DNA of 55,733 nt from Octopus bimaculoides (lineage: Eukaryota). The notes beneath the pieces were generated by a model. The model was not told the DNA's origin and did no database searches. It worked only from the letters and a program-made list of their open reading frames with translations. Made by a program: the position numbers and the translations under genes. Positions 11,181 through 23,479 of this stretch are shown piece by piece (position 1 is the first letter of the stretch; every line of letters begins with the position of its first letter). The DNA is taken from the NCBI RefSeq assembly GCF_001194135.2, contig NC_068988.1, positions 44,526,750-44,582,482 of the forward strand, given 5' to 3'.

Positions 11181-12172
11181 ACAACCTGAGTGAAATTGTA
11201 ATATACAACACTCTCACAGATGAATGTTAAGTTGTGTGATGCGTTCAATTATGTTCCAACTTTATTAAGGAAACACTACCACACTTTTAACTTATATGTC
11301 TTTTATCTTTATTTTATTAATCAATATCTCAATCATAACTCTTACCATAATCTTTTAATCTACCTTGATTCACATCAGCTCTTCTACCTCTTGATATGTG
11401 CTGCAGTAAACATCCAGAGATGATATCATTGGATGAAAAGATTAAAAAGAAAAATGTTTTTAAAAAATTGAAACCCAAGTGCAATATGGTTAATAAAAGT
11501 ATTTTATTTCATATTCTTAGTAAAAATATAATAAAAAGCCAAGAAAATGAAACAAATAACAGAAAAAATTTACAAATATTAAAGATGAAATGATGTCAAG
11601 AATAAATACAGAAATTATATATATCTGTAAATAGGATTATATTAGATATAAAGATGCAGAATAGGTGTTAATTTTTTAAAATTTTAATTTTGAATTCTGA
11701 AATATATTTTAATTCAGTATCCTTATTATATTTCTGTGTTTTATTGTTTTATATTATTACTTATTTTTTAGCAAAAAAAAGTTTTCACCTTCATTCAGCT
11801 TGTTGCTGTTATTGTATGTATATTGGTGTGTAGATACTTTTTTTTCTTCATCTAAGACTCACATAAAACATTGATGAAATGGAGGGCTAAAGTGGGTGAT
11901 GCTGGAAGAAAGATATTAATTTCTATCAGAAACAACAAGCAAGAGTATGTATATTCTTAGACATATACACACATATACATGCACTCATAAATGCACACAT
12001 ACACACACACACACACACACAAAACATGTTTATGCATATATAATTATACACACGCATACATATATGCACATATCTTCATGTTAAAATATTTTATTTATCA
12101 TGATATATGTTGTTGCTGTTGTTGTGTGCGTGTATGCATGCAGAAGCATATGTACTTTATTATTATTCTTGC

Positions 12173-12219
<47 letters not shown>

Positions 12220-12781
12220 AGCACACAGTTATATACAAATTTCACTCAAAGTAAGATAAATGAGACGAAGAACAAGAACAAAAATGTGGGCAAAAATAAA
12301 GGCTAGTTAGAGATAGTAGCAGACGAAAAACGTAAGTTGTATAGAAAATAAATAAATCAACTTAAATGCTAAGTCAAATTATTTAAAATTCTGTTCTTTA
12401 TTAAATGCAGTCATTTGTATGCATCCATGGTTTCCATATATCACCACTATCATCGTTGTTGCTATTGTCACATTATACTGTACATATGCTACTGACAGAA
12501 TATTAAATTTGCTCACTAAATCTTATCAGTTGTTTGGTATACTTAACTCTCACTTAGGTTTTTCTTTCACTTCATTCTCTATATTACATTTCATATATCA
12601 TTTTTTTAAAATATTATCTTTTAGTCAAAAAGATTGTTCTGACTGAGCCATTTATGATTTACAATACTTTAGGGAGTTCCAGTCTGTCTGTCTGTCTCTG
12701 CACTGGTGAGCCAATAGAAGAGCATAGATAACAAGCTAGAAATAGTTACCAAATCTCATTCAAAATCATGTTTCAAAATAT

Positions 12782-13165
12782 TGTTGGCACTCCGTCGCTT
12801 ACGACGTCGAGGGTTCCAGTCGATCCGATCAACGGAATAGCCTGTTCGTGAAATTAACGTGCAAGTGGCTGAGCACTCCACAGACACGTGTACCCTTAAC
12901 GTAGTTCTCGGGAATATTTAGCGTGACACAGTGTGACAAGGCTGGCCCTTTGAATTACAGGCACAACAGAAACAGGAAGAAAGAGTGAGAGAAAGTTGCG
13001 GTGAAAGAGTACAGCAGGGTTCGCCACTATCCCCTGCCGGAGCCTCGTGGAGCTTTAGGTGTTTCTGCTCAATAAACACTCACAACGCCCGGTCTGGGAA
13101 TCGAAACCGCGACCCTATGACCGCGAGTCCGCTGCTCTAAACACTGGGCCATTGCGCCTCCACTA
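12782..13165 (-). mobile_element. Full-length tRNA-derived SINE (second family) with 11-bp TSD
   Basis: Minus-strand head gtggaggcgcaaTGGCCCAGTGTttag...GGTTTCGATTCC (A and B boxes), CpG-rich body, flanking direct repeat tttcaaaatat at 12771-12781 and 13166-13176. Confidence 0.88.
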
Positions 13166-13327
13166 TTTCAAAATATAGTCCTACATTATATTTAGAAGAA
13201 GAAAAAGAGAGAAAAATGAATGGTCATAGCTGGAATTTATTCGATCCTAAGTCTGCTAGATGAAAGCTGACTTATGGTTAGCAATCACAGCAATACAAAT
13301 GTCATTGGTTAAAACATATGGCTCCTT

Positions 13328-13500
13328 GTTTGTATATAACCTTAGACACCAGTTTTATATATCTTTAGATACCTGTTTGTAAAGACATCTGTCTTCCTTT
13401 AAGTGACTTTAAACCTGTTTCTCTGTAATTTAGGACACCCACCCATATATAACGTTGGACACCAGTTTGTATATAACCTTTGACAGACACTAGTTTTACT
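13328..13500. repeat. Degenerate ~23-bp minisatellite (tttgtatataaccttagacaccag-like units)
   Basis: About 4-5 variant units, partly separated by unrelated sequence. Confidence 0.55.
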
Positions 13501-14165
13501 AGTTTAAACTCTTAGTTAATCACACGTTAGTCCTTTGTGCTTAGTAACATTTACTTTAGACCATTCTATTTTTATTGTGTTGGGTGTTGGTTTCAGATGA
13601 CAGTCTTTATTTTAGAGATGAATAGAAGCTTAATGGAGAAATGATGGCGGTGACATAGTACCTATAATTTGACCATCTTGTAAACTTGTTCTTGGTTATT
13701 AGTGTTTTTTGTTTAAGATGAGCTGAACGTCAAAGAAAAAAATTATTTTTAAAAACTTTCTTCACTAGAGGATTGTAATATTTCAGTGAAATATCTTAAC
13801 CCAAACTTCTTTATACATAAACTAAGCGAATATGAAAAATTTTAGTGAATTATTTTTAATCTTGATTAAAAAATTTTTCATGTCTTTTTATAATTTCTCA
13901 ACTGTTGTACATTAATAAATATTTAAATGAAAAATAGTTTATTTATCTTACAAGCAGCATAATTTATTGTTTTATTAAGTGAATGGTTTTATAAAATAGT
14001 TTAGCTACCTCAGAAATAATATTTTCAAGTGGTAGAAGGAATTTCTCTTAAATATTCGAAATATGCTTACAGATGAAGTAACTTTTTTTTATTGCATTTA
14101 TATTTATCCCTTCCTCTTTCTTCAAATTTTCCGTCCTTTTCTTTTCATCACACAGTTTGTTGTTG

Positions 14166-14437
14166 TACGAGGGTGAGCTGAAAATTTCATAGGCTGACTG
14201 AAGGAGTGATGCTAGAGCTGCATTAATCATGTATGCTTTAGTTTCAACCATTCTTAATAGTAACTGCGTTGTTTCTTTCCAAGTAAATTGACATCTAACA
14301 GTCGAAAGATAACTTCAAACGTAACTAGTAGCGACTTCTCGTGAAGATGGACAAAAGTAAGCATCGTGGTGTTATCAAGTACCTGCAGAAAAATGGTTTA
14401 GTTCCCAAGGACATTCATGCTGACATGATTGCTCGTG
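14166..14437 (+). mobile_element. Mariner transposon 5' fragment with transposase N-terminus
   Basis: TA|CGAGGGTGAGCTGAAAATTTCATAGGCTGAC TIR. ATG at 14347 encodes MDKSKHRGVIKYLQKNGLVPKDIHADMIAR, a typical mariner HTH start, then truncates. Confidence 0.8.
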
Positions 14438-14916
14438 TTTGAAAGAAATATTTTTGATCAAAGCAAGACGAAACCTTATTTTTTCTTAAATGAATAGAAT
14501 AAATCTACTGATTCTATTTAGGCTAAAGCGTCGATCAGAATACCATACAGTATTTGTTTCCCTGCTCTGCGTTCTGAGTTCAAGTCCCGCTGAAACCAGT
14601 TCCTGTTTTGCATCCTATCTGGTTGATAAAAAGTACGGATAAAGGGAGCTGGATTGGCAATACTTTTTCTTTGCCTTTTGAGTATAAATTACGCCACGGT
14701 CAACCTGGGTAGTGGATTTAACCTGTCACCCGCTATAGCACATCCATTTGGCTCCCAATGCACTGTGTTGTACACGAGTGTGCAGACAATGAAAGCAGCG
14801 CACTTGTCTTCATTGACACTGAAAAGAAAAAAGCAAAGAAGTGATATTAAAAGACACTGTTTAATGGACACAGTGCATGGGCGAGAGTATTATTATTATT
14901 ATTATTATTATTATTG

Positions 14917-15418
14917 AGTGAGAGAGCAGCGCATGACATCAAAGTGACCTAGGATACAAATGTACGAAGCCCAGTATACCCATCACGATTACCCGTCTGA
15001 TAAAGGTACCAGCACATGCATCACAACCATATGTGCGCGACATGGTGATAAATAGCGCATGACCTTGCAGGTTAGAACTTTCTTCAGGTCGAGTAGCCCA
15101 TCCTGCTCAAAAAAGTACCCGAATAAGGGTTGTTTAAAAATGATGAACGAAACATCCATGTTTCTAGAAGTGAATTATTCAAACTTCAAAGAATCCCTCT
15201 CGACATGCGGCGATGACGTTCCTCCACTACTACTTGCGATCAGAGATTCACATCTCATGGGCCACTAAGGGACATGCTCAACTGGTTAAAGTCAAGCAAC
15301 TGACAAGCAAATATGTGGTATCGAGTAGAATATTTGCTGTAGCCCATCTTTTACACAAAGACAAAACATGTACGTATTAACACTTCCAATCAGTTTAGAT
15401 CAGAAGACATCAAGGCAA

Positions 15419-15420
<2 letters not shown>
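14917..15420. mobile_element. ~500-bp non-coding interspersed element flanked by (ATT)n, copy 1
   Basis: Co-linear homology with 16789-17285 and, inverted, 48885-49367. No ORF or tRNA head seen. Confidence 0.8.
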
Positions 15421-15450
<30 letters not shown>

Positions 15451-15539
15451 ATTCTTCTTCTTCTTCTTCTTCTTCTTCTTTGTCTTTNNNNNNNNNNAAA
15501 AAAAAAAAAAAAAAAAAAACTTGCACTGAAATACAGAAA

Positions 15540-16585
15540 TTCAAAATTTGAGCTGTAATATTAAGCAATCTTCTTTAGACAAAACGACTTCATCAATTTT
15601 TACTATTTCATAACTGGTACCAAGGAAAAGTAAAAACGAAGAAAAATGAAAACAGGAGACAGAACACTCAAAAAGTTTTCTGTAAATGTGATGGAATTCT
15701 CCTGTCATTTTGTTAATTTTCCAGGGTCTAACTGTAGTAATCCAGAAATATATTTATCCTCATGTATTCTGAGGACTGAAAGTGAGAATGTGTATTTTCA
15801 GCTGTTCCCCAAATTTGCAGCCGTTCGATATAAAATGTTCGGCAAATTCCATCGAACTACCGATGTCATACCTATGCCCATTAAATCTTTTATTTAATTG
15901 TTCTGTAGTACAACCAACATTAATTATGCCGCGCTTGATGCATTCTGTTGCGTACACCAAATGGAAATCCTCACAGGTCCCATCTTCTGTATAAATCATC
16001 ATTTTTGTTATAATTCGTGATGGAATTGACTTGACTCGTATTGGTACACAACGAACAAGGCTTACATTTGTTGCAGCTGTTTTTTGGGGTACAGCGTTCA
16101 GAAACTCTAATGGAGTTTTTATTTCGATTAGAGGTACCGGTTAATAGTTCTCTTAAATTTTTATTGCGTCTAAAGACGACAATAGGCTGATGAGGAAATA
16201 TTTGAAGCGAGGATATTTTTCTGAAAGATGTTGGTAACTTTCATGCAACAGCTTTGAAATGCCATCGAAATTTCGGAGCCAGTTACTCATTAAAGGAATT
16301 TGGTCATAAATTTTACTTTGCTTGTTAAATTTAGGTTTAAAAGTTTGACTTTCATTGCTAATTATAGTTATGTCATTTGCGATTTTCTGTCATCGTGATT
16401 CATTATAACCGCGTTCGACATAATGGTACACAAAAGCATGTCAAAACAAATCCGTTTTATCCTCAAAATCTAGGAATTTGGATTTGACTTAATTGTATGA
16501 TGTGGATACTCGGAGCAGCGGTGAAGATAAATGTGGGATGACGTGGATTTGCACAGTAACTCTGTCACTATTCGCGGCCTTCGCT
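15540..16585 (-). mobile_element. Penelope-like element remnant (Neptune-type): RT thumb, Cys-rich linker, GIY-YIG endonuclease, 3' UTR
   Basis: Frameshifted minus-strand peptides: KSTSSHIYLHRCSEYPHHTIKSNPNS*ILRIKRICFD; IPLMSNWLRNFDGISKLLHESYQHL; IFPHQPIVVFRRNKNLRELL; CNKCKPCSLC; LVYATECIKRGIINVGCTTEQLNKRFNGHRYDI; LRIHEDKYISGLLQLDPGKL. Each matches the usual PLE motif order. Confidence 0.88.
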
Positions 16586-16620
16586 ATTTATTACAAATCG
16601 TACTGCACTGTTCTTATTCT

Positions 16621-16658
<38 letters not shown>

Positions 16659-16788
16659 GGAGTCGATAAAATAAGTATCACTTGAGCACTGGGGTCGATG
16701 TAATCGACTTAATCCCTTTCCCGAAACTGCTGGTCTTGTGCCAAAATTTGAGACCATTACTATTATTATTATTATTATTGAGTGAGAA

Positions 16789-17285
16789 AGCAGCATATGC
16801 CATCAAAGTGACACACTGGGGTACAAATATACGAAGCCCAATATACCCATCATAATAACTCGTCTGATAAGGGTGCACCAGGTACATGCATCACAACCAC
16901 ATGTGGGCGACATGGTGATCTTATATCAAGAAAAACAGTCCATGACCTTGCAAGTGGGACTCAGGATTTTCTTCAGATCGAATTGCCCATCCCATTCAAG
17001 CGGTCCCTGAATAAGAATTATTTAAGGATGATGAACGAGGCACCCATATTTCCAGAGGTGAATTATTCAAACCTCAAAGAATTCCGCTCAATACATGGTT
17101 ATGATGCCCCCCCCCCATTACTTCTGCTCGAGATTAGAGATGCACATAATGTCAGGCACTAAGGGACATGCTCAACTGGTTAAGGTCAAACAACTGACAA
17201 CCAAATGTGTTGTATTAAGCAGAATATTTGCTGTAGTCCATCTTTTATATCAAGACAAAACATGTACACGATAACACGTCAAAGA
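16789..17285. mobile_element. ~500-bp (ATT)n-flanked element, copy 2
   Basis: Homologous to 14917-15420 in the same orientation. Confidence 0.8.
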
Positions 17286-17617
17286 AATCATTAGCATTAT
17301 TATTATTCACTCACTCATACGCACGCTATCTTCTATCATTCTCAGCAATATTGAAGTTCACTTTTTTAAAGTTGCAGCAGCAATTGGAATCTTGTGCAAG
17401 TTTAAGCATGAATTATTTAAACAGATGATTTCATTGCTTGATCTTCTCTCCGACATCAACCATTCAACTGCAAGTTATGAGTGATAGCAATATTAACTGA
17501 GGCAGACACTACTGGTGACGAGTTAAACCTTATCGAAATAAAAAAAAAACAATTTGATGTCATGGCATCATTGTCATTTAACTGGATTCACATGTGTACA
17601 TATGCGTGTGCATGAGC

Positions 17618-17648
<31 letters not shown>

Positions 17649-17782
17649 CGCGCGTGTGCTTGTAGAAGTCAGATTCCAAAGCAGTATAATGGAAAGAATC
17701 AAAGTATTGTGGGAGACATGTGTATGGAAAGATAGCACACTTGCATCCCCACTGACTTTGAATGGAAAGACGCATAGAAGTG

Positions 17783-18008
17783 ATTGTGGTTTGAAATTTT
17801 GGCACATAGTCAGTAATTCTGACGGAGGAGGGTAAGTCGATGACATCGACTCCAGTGCATGATTGGTACTTTTATTTTACCAACCCCACTCCAAAGGGGA
17901 AAAATGGCAAAATCGACCTCGGCAGAATTTGAACTCAGAACGTGAAGAGGGATGAAATGCCGTTAAGTATTTTGTCCGGTGTGCTAACACTTCTGCCAGC
18001 ACGCCGCC
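17783..18008 (+). mobile_element. Short SINE-like repeat (..gtcgacctcggcagaatttgaactcagaacgt..)
   Basis: The same family recurs at ~14545-14640 (-), 16655-16760 (-), 21430-21570, 25818-25965, 28290-28349 (-), 46822-47030 and 48395-48870. Confidence 0.75.
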
Positions 18009-18658
18009 TCAAGCATGGACGTGATATACATGATTTTACTGAATGGGGAGAATGCACGGATGAGAGACAACCTAGCCTAAATAGATCAACAGAGGAGTCA
18101 ACCATTGATGCTGTGTCAGCATGATTAAGGCTGTGACATCTCAAGGCTAACTTCAAGATATATTTTCTCTCTCCTAGCGTACAGAATACAAAATGAATCA
18201 CAAAGTCTGTCATATTTGCTGATAGATGGCTTCTGTGGCTGCCATACGTATTACATTATTGAATGTAGCAAGATCTTCTTAAGATTTTAATCTACCAACT
18301 GATTTGTAACAGGCGTCCAACATTCAGCAATAATGTTAGTACGACATTTAAATAGGTATTAGCGGTGGTCACCGTGGGCTTGTCAATTATAGTGGTCTTT
18401 TGCGTTGCTGAGCCAGGCTTTAATTCTCTATATGCCATAACCAAGTCGGCTGCTGTACTATTTTTTTTGTGTGTGATATTCAAAAAAACTTGTTGTTTTC
18501 TTGCAGACTTCACAAAGACCTGTATATGACCTTTTGGCGAGAGCAAATGGTGTGCATTATACCTTTTCCGGGTAGCTATTCATGCCTCTGAGATTCAGAT
18601 ATTTCCAATTTATGGCGCTGTCTTTGTAAGTCATTAGGCTCCTTGGAAGTCACACACA

Positions 18659-18697
<39 letters not shown>

Positions 18698-18797
18698 NNN
18701 NNNNNNNNNNNNNNNNNNNNNNNNNNNNNNNNNNNNNNNNNNNNNNNNNNNNNNNNNNNNNNNNNNNNNNNNNNNNNNNNNNNNNNNNNNNNNNNNN

Positions 18798-19410
18798 TAC
18801 CTTATTTCCAACCACCGGCCGAGTATACGTGTGGAGACAGCCAAAAGCATTTAACCCAGACTGTCTTCTTCAGACTGTTAAAGAGGAGGATCTGTGATGA
18901 TCTGGGGGGTGGGGTGGAGGCTATATCTTGGAAATCTGCAGGCCCAATAGCTTCTCTTCATGGCAAAATTAATAGTCAAGATTATTTAATCATTTTATCT
19001 GATCAAATTCATCCTATGGTTGCGGAAGTGTTTTTAGACGGAAACACAATGTTTCAGGATAATATCGCACCAATTCACACAGCTAAAGTTGTTACTGAAT
19101 GGAGCGAGGAACATTCTAGTGAAGTTGAACATCTTATCTGGCCACCACAGTCCCCAGATATCAATATTATTGAATATTTATGGAGCATTTTAGAAAAACA
19201 AGTTAGGAGTTGATATTCTCTACCATCATCACTACAAGAACTGGAGACTATTTTAGCTGAAGAATGAAAAAAATTCCTTCGGAAACAATTCAAACTTTGT
19301 ACAAGTTCACACCTCGTACAATTGAAGCTGTAATTACTGCCAAAGGCGGTCCTACCCCATATTAAAATAAACAAATTTATTTTAAGGTGTTTCCATTATT
19401 TTGTCCAACC

Positions 19411-19416
<6 letters not shown>
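18798..19416 (+). mobile_element. Tc1-family transposon 3' half (DDE domain, probably DD36E spacing) with right TIR, inserted in (TA)n
   Basis: TLFPTTGRVYVWRQP...FQDNIAPIHTAKVVTEWSEEHSSEVEHLIWPPQSPDINIIEYLW...AKGGPTPY*, with stops and frameshifts. TIR ..ccattattttgtccaacctctg|TA. The 5' part is lost in the N gap. Confidence 0.9.
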
Positions 19417-19478
<62 letters not shown>

Positions 19479-19963
19479 TTGGCGTCATAAGCATTTAAAA
19501 TCTTTCTAGAGAATCTGAAATAATTTTTCTGTTTGGAACTTGATCTCGAAGTACATAAATTTTGGGCTGAAAACTTTTGGATAGAAAAAGTCGAGGGGCA
19601 TCTATTTTTCAACGCAATATTTGTATACTATAGGAGAATTATTAAGCATACATATATACATACGTGTATGTATGTATGTATGTATGTATATATATTTGAA
19701 TGTATATATATATATTCAATATATATGCATATATTTATATATATGCATATATATATCTATATATGCACATATTTATATATATATGCATATATATATATGC
19801 ACATACGTATATATATGTATATATATATATATATATGAATATGTATTTATTTATATATATACACATATGAATATGCATATCTATACATATACATACACAC
19901 ATACGGACATACATATGTACACATATATACAAACTATTAAAAAATTACTTTACATATATATTT

Positions 19964-20025
<62 letters not shown>

Positions 20026-21892
20026 GTATATGTATGTGTGTATATAATGTATACCACTCCTGCATCAAAAATATTTTTGAATGATCGTATAAATGTTTCA
20101 GTCTAATTGAAGGAAATTACCCGTAAGTTATCCTCTGGTGTGTAAGTATTGTAAAAACACGCACCAAAAAAAAAAAATCAAGTAAACGTACAACTTTTAA
20201 AAGGGCGGAATCAATCAGAAATAGTCGTAGTAACATCAACAACAGTTTACTACCAATAGGTGGTCGTCAGGAAAATGGAAATATAGACAAAAACCAGCTG
20301 AGAATTTCAAAGAATTTTTGAATGCATCAATTCAAACTTAGAAGCCTTTTGGCAGAAGTTGGTGAAGTCACTTAATTCTGTTTCCTTTTTTTTTTTTATT
20401 TGTTAAACTAAAATTTTCAATGAATGCTTTTTAACACATTGATTGCTACTTGGAGGGATGGCTTGTTCTTAGTGGTTATCATTAGAGTAAAGCTTCAGCG
20501 ATGTAACCTATAATCATGAGTGACGATTAAATATTTCAGGTAGAAGTAGTAGTAGTAATAGTAATAGTAGTAATAATAGCAGCAGTAGTAGTAGTAGTGG
20601 GCGAGTTCAAGATTTTTGTTCTCAAATTTCAGTTTAGTAATTGAATTCGTTTCATATGGTGTCTGTCTCATTAATTTAGAATTGTGAGCAAAGAAGTCAA
20701 TCTCGTAAATTTGCAGTTGTGTCATTAAACAGTTAGACTTGTGGGCACGAATCAGTATTGCTGTTTCAGTATGCAATTATACACTACGGAGAAAAAAGTG
20801 ACTAGCATAAAAAGAAAAAAAAAGTAAAGGAAAATATACCTACATGTTATGAAATAAAAAAAATACAGCATAAGCCAATTACGATGAAAATAAAGCGAGA
20901 CGAAACAATATAATACAATAATGCAACAAGTAGAGTGCTGAAGAATAAAAAACAAAAAAAAACGGGATTAGCTATTTGGATTGTCCTTAAGCAAGTAACA
21001 TAGTCGAAGGATACATCTGCTCGCTTGATGAGCTGTAAAGGTAAAAGAAAGGTTTTAGAGTGCAGTGGAAGCAGAACAACGCAGAGTGGATGGACTGTCA
21101 GAAGTGACATCATAAAAAAGGAAAGGGAGGGACAGAGAAAAAAAAGATAGATGAGAAGATAAAAGGAGAGAAAGACAGGGAGCTGCAGTGTACCATAAGA
21201 GAAAATTGGATTGAGTGCACCAGCAATTATCAGTGAAATAAATGGATTTAAACAGTAAAAGTATCTACAAGACAGAACAAATGAAAGGTTAACCTTCATC
21301 AGCTATCTCGCTAATGTTTCTGGCAGTTTCGATGCCTTAAGATAAAATCGCTAACTTAGTGGGGTCAACAAGCCTTTGACGGAGAAAAAATGACAGAAAG
21401 AAAGCTGTTCCTGAAAAAAAGTAAACCTAAAATATCGCCAAATTTAACCCCAGCATATACATCAATCTCAGTGCTCAACCGATACTTAAAAGGCGAAAGA
21501 CAAAGTTGACTTCTGCGCAATTATAACTTAAAAGGTAAAGAGCCGAAAGAAATACCACTCAGTCTTGTGTCCGGTGAGTAAACAATTTTGACTGTTTGCC
21601 ACCTCGGAACAAGTTCTAATACAAAAATATTTTATGCTACATGCGAGGATTCTTGCTAAGAGGATACTTCATACGCAACAAAAGACTGAATGTAGCTAGG
21701 ATTTAAAATGTATTTGTGAGTTTGAAATGCAATAACTATGCTAAATTGGGTTACTTTAGTAAATTCTGCTGGTCAAATAACACTGTATTCTCCCACGCTC
21801 ATAATGTTAACATTTAGTGTATGATTCTTTAGTCTGGCAAAGAGGAAATAACACTTAATATTAATTGTTCAACAAATGATAATTTACAGTGG

Positions 21893-23120
21893 GTTAATTG
21901 TAAATTGGACGGATACTCAGTTCAAATGCAAGTGAATTCTGGTGTATCGCGCTCTCTCATTCCGTCTTCGATGTTAACCAAATTATCATTAATCATCAAA
22001 TCCATTGATAGATATTTAAATTCTTTTCATCGTTCATTACAAGAACAATATAATGAAATTTCTCGCATATGCACGTTATCTGATTCATGCTGGCAGAAAC
22101 TTAGCTCGGATTAAAAGTGAAGATGAAAAGATCAGCGTCAATTGAACAGATTACTCCTAAATATCGCTGCTCAAGCATATCTGTTAATCATAATACTGTT
22201 ATTAACGGGCCGACATCACCAGATTCTCATATTAAGGTGGAGCCGTCGCTTGATCATGCGTTACCTCGTGGTAATATTTCGAACAGGTCCGCACAATAAA
22301 CTGCTCCAATTACTGTTAATAATATTCAGTCTCCATTCTCTTTCTTACTGCTGTTACTACTAAATCATGTTAATTCTCACAACGACTTATTGAGTAAAGC
22401 GACATCACCATGTAGGTGGTGCAGAATTGCAAAGTGAACTCGATTGAAATATATACATATATATTATGAATGTGGTTTGTCTTTCGTAGCTGAAGTAATG
22501 TTATGCCGATAGCATCCTGCTATTAATATGGCAACGTAGCACGTCAGCAGCCGCTCACCGTATCTATCTAATGGGTCTGTGATATTGATATAGTAACGTT
22601 GTTGTGGCATGGGGGTGTTTGCATATTTGCACACAATCAAGACATTTTTATGTGACAACCACGAACAATTCTATGGTGTATTGTTTTTATAACATTTACG
22701 AAACTGCCATACTCAGTTATAAGGCGACAACCAGAGATAATTCTAAGGCGTGTTCCCGGTATAGTATTACTGAGCTACGATATTCAGCTGTTAGCAGACA
22801 ACCAAAGACAGATTTATAGAGTGGCAGCGCCAAGCAGTGATGCGTATAAATACAAGGTTATTACCAGTTCAAATATGCTTGGGGAATATTCGAACCCGAT
22901 TAGGTAGGTGGAGTTGCGAGCTGATTTAAACTACTTGCCTACAGCGAGAAATTTTCTCCATGACAAAACAGAGTTAAAGGTTTTCTTACGGGTTCGAATA
23001 TGTTCCAAGTATATTTGGACACCACCTGATGGCCTTAATTACAGTGCGCCGGTCGTTTCTTGTAATGGAAGAATGTATCTTGTAGACAAGCTGAGAGAGA
23101 TGACCTACGCAGATTGAACA
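21893..23120 (+). mobile_element. Heavily decayed Gypsy/Ty3 LTR-retrotransposon internal remnant
   Basis: VNCKLDGYSVQMQVNSGVSRSLIP resembles a retropepsin D(S/T)G region with D to N. LPVQICLGNIRTRL and VFLRVR..KYIW...GRMYLV resemble the integrase C-terminus. No LTRs found. Confidence 0.5.
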
Positions 23121-23479
23121 TCACTTGGGAAGAAGTATACCGGTTGGCCAGAGACGGAGATAATTAATTGGTGATCACTGATTGCCTGATGTGCCGCTCA
23201 AAGGCACAAACAGACCTAAAAAGAAGAAGAAGAATATTTGAACTGGACGCTTTATTTTTATGCTGCATTACTTGTATAACATCGGTGAACTGCCATATTT
23301 AATCATTACAGACACCTAAAATGTGAACTTATCTGAATTTTTGTAATTATTGTAAACATGACGTATAGTTTAGCACTATACCTAGCACTTCCCGACCTTC
23401 GACCTTTAGAAGGCATTAGCCTGGGTACAAGAAATTGATATGAAGCGCAATCTGGTGTTCGTTAAGAAAACTAAATGTA

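Noticed and set aside
13328-13500. CRISPR interpretation of the spaced repeats
   Set aside because: Irregular unit and spacer lengths, eukaryotic context and no cas genes.
14759-14878. 11-bp inverted repeat atgcactgtgt/acacagtgcat with inner caatgaa/ttcattg
   Set aside because: Too short and discontinuous to distinguish from chance or an old MITE.
15135-15165. atgatgaacgaaac in the 500-bp element (minimal hammerhead look-alike)
   Set aside because: No CU at core positions 3-4 in any of the three copies and no helix II. GAAAC pairs with a downstream GTTTC instead.
16186-16250. ctgatgag...gaaag on the plus strand
   Set aside because: Antisense to PLE coding sequence, with no valid helix I or III. 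Coincidental.
18010-18640. ORFs 18292-18546 (-) and 17935-18213 (-) and a plus acceptor at ~18506
   Set aside because: No motif recognised in any frame and donors are weak. Probably an old repeat, unassigned.
20950-21120. Possible RTE C-terminal remnant (..GWTVRSDI)
   Set aside because: Similarity too weak to support as a feature.
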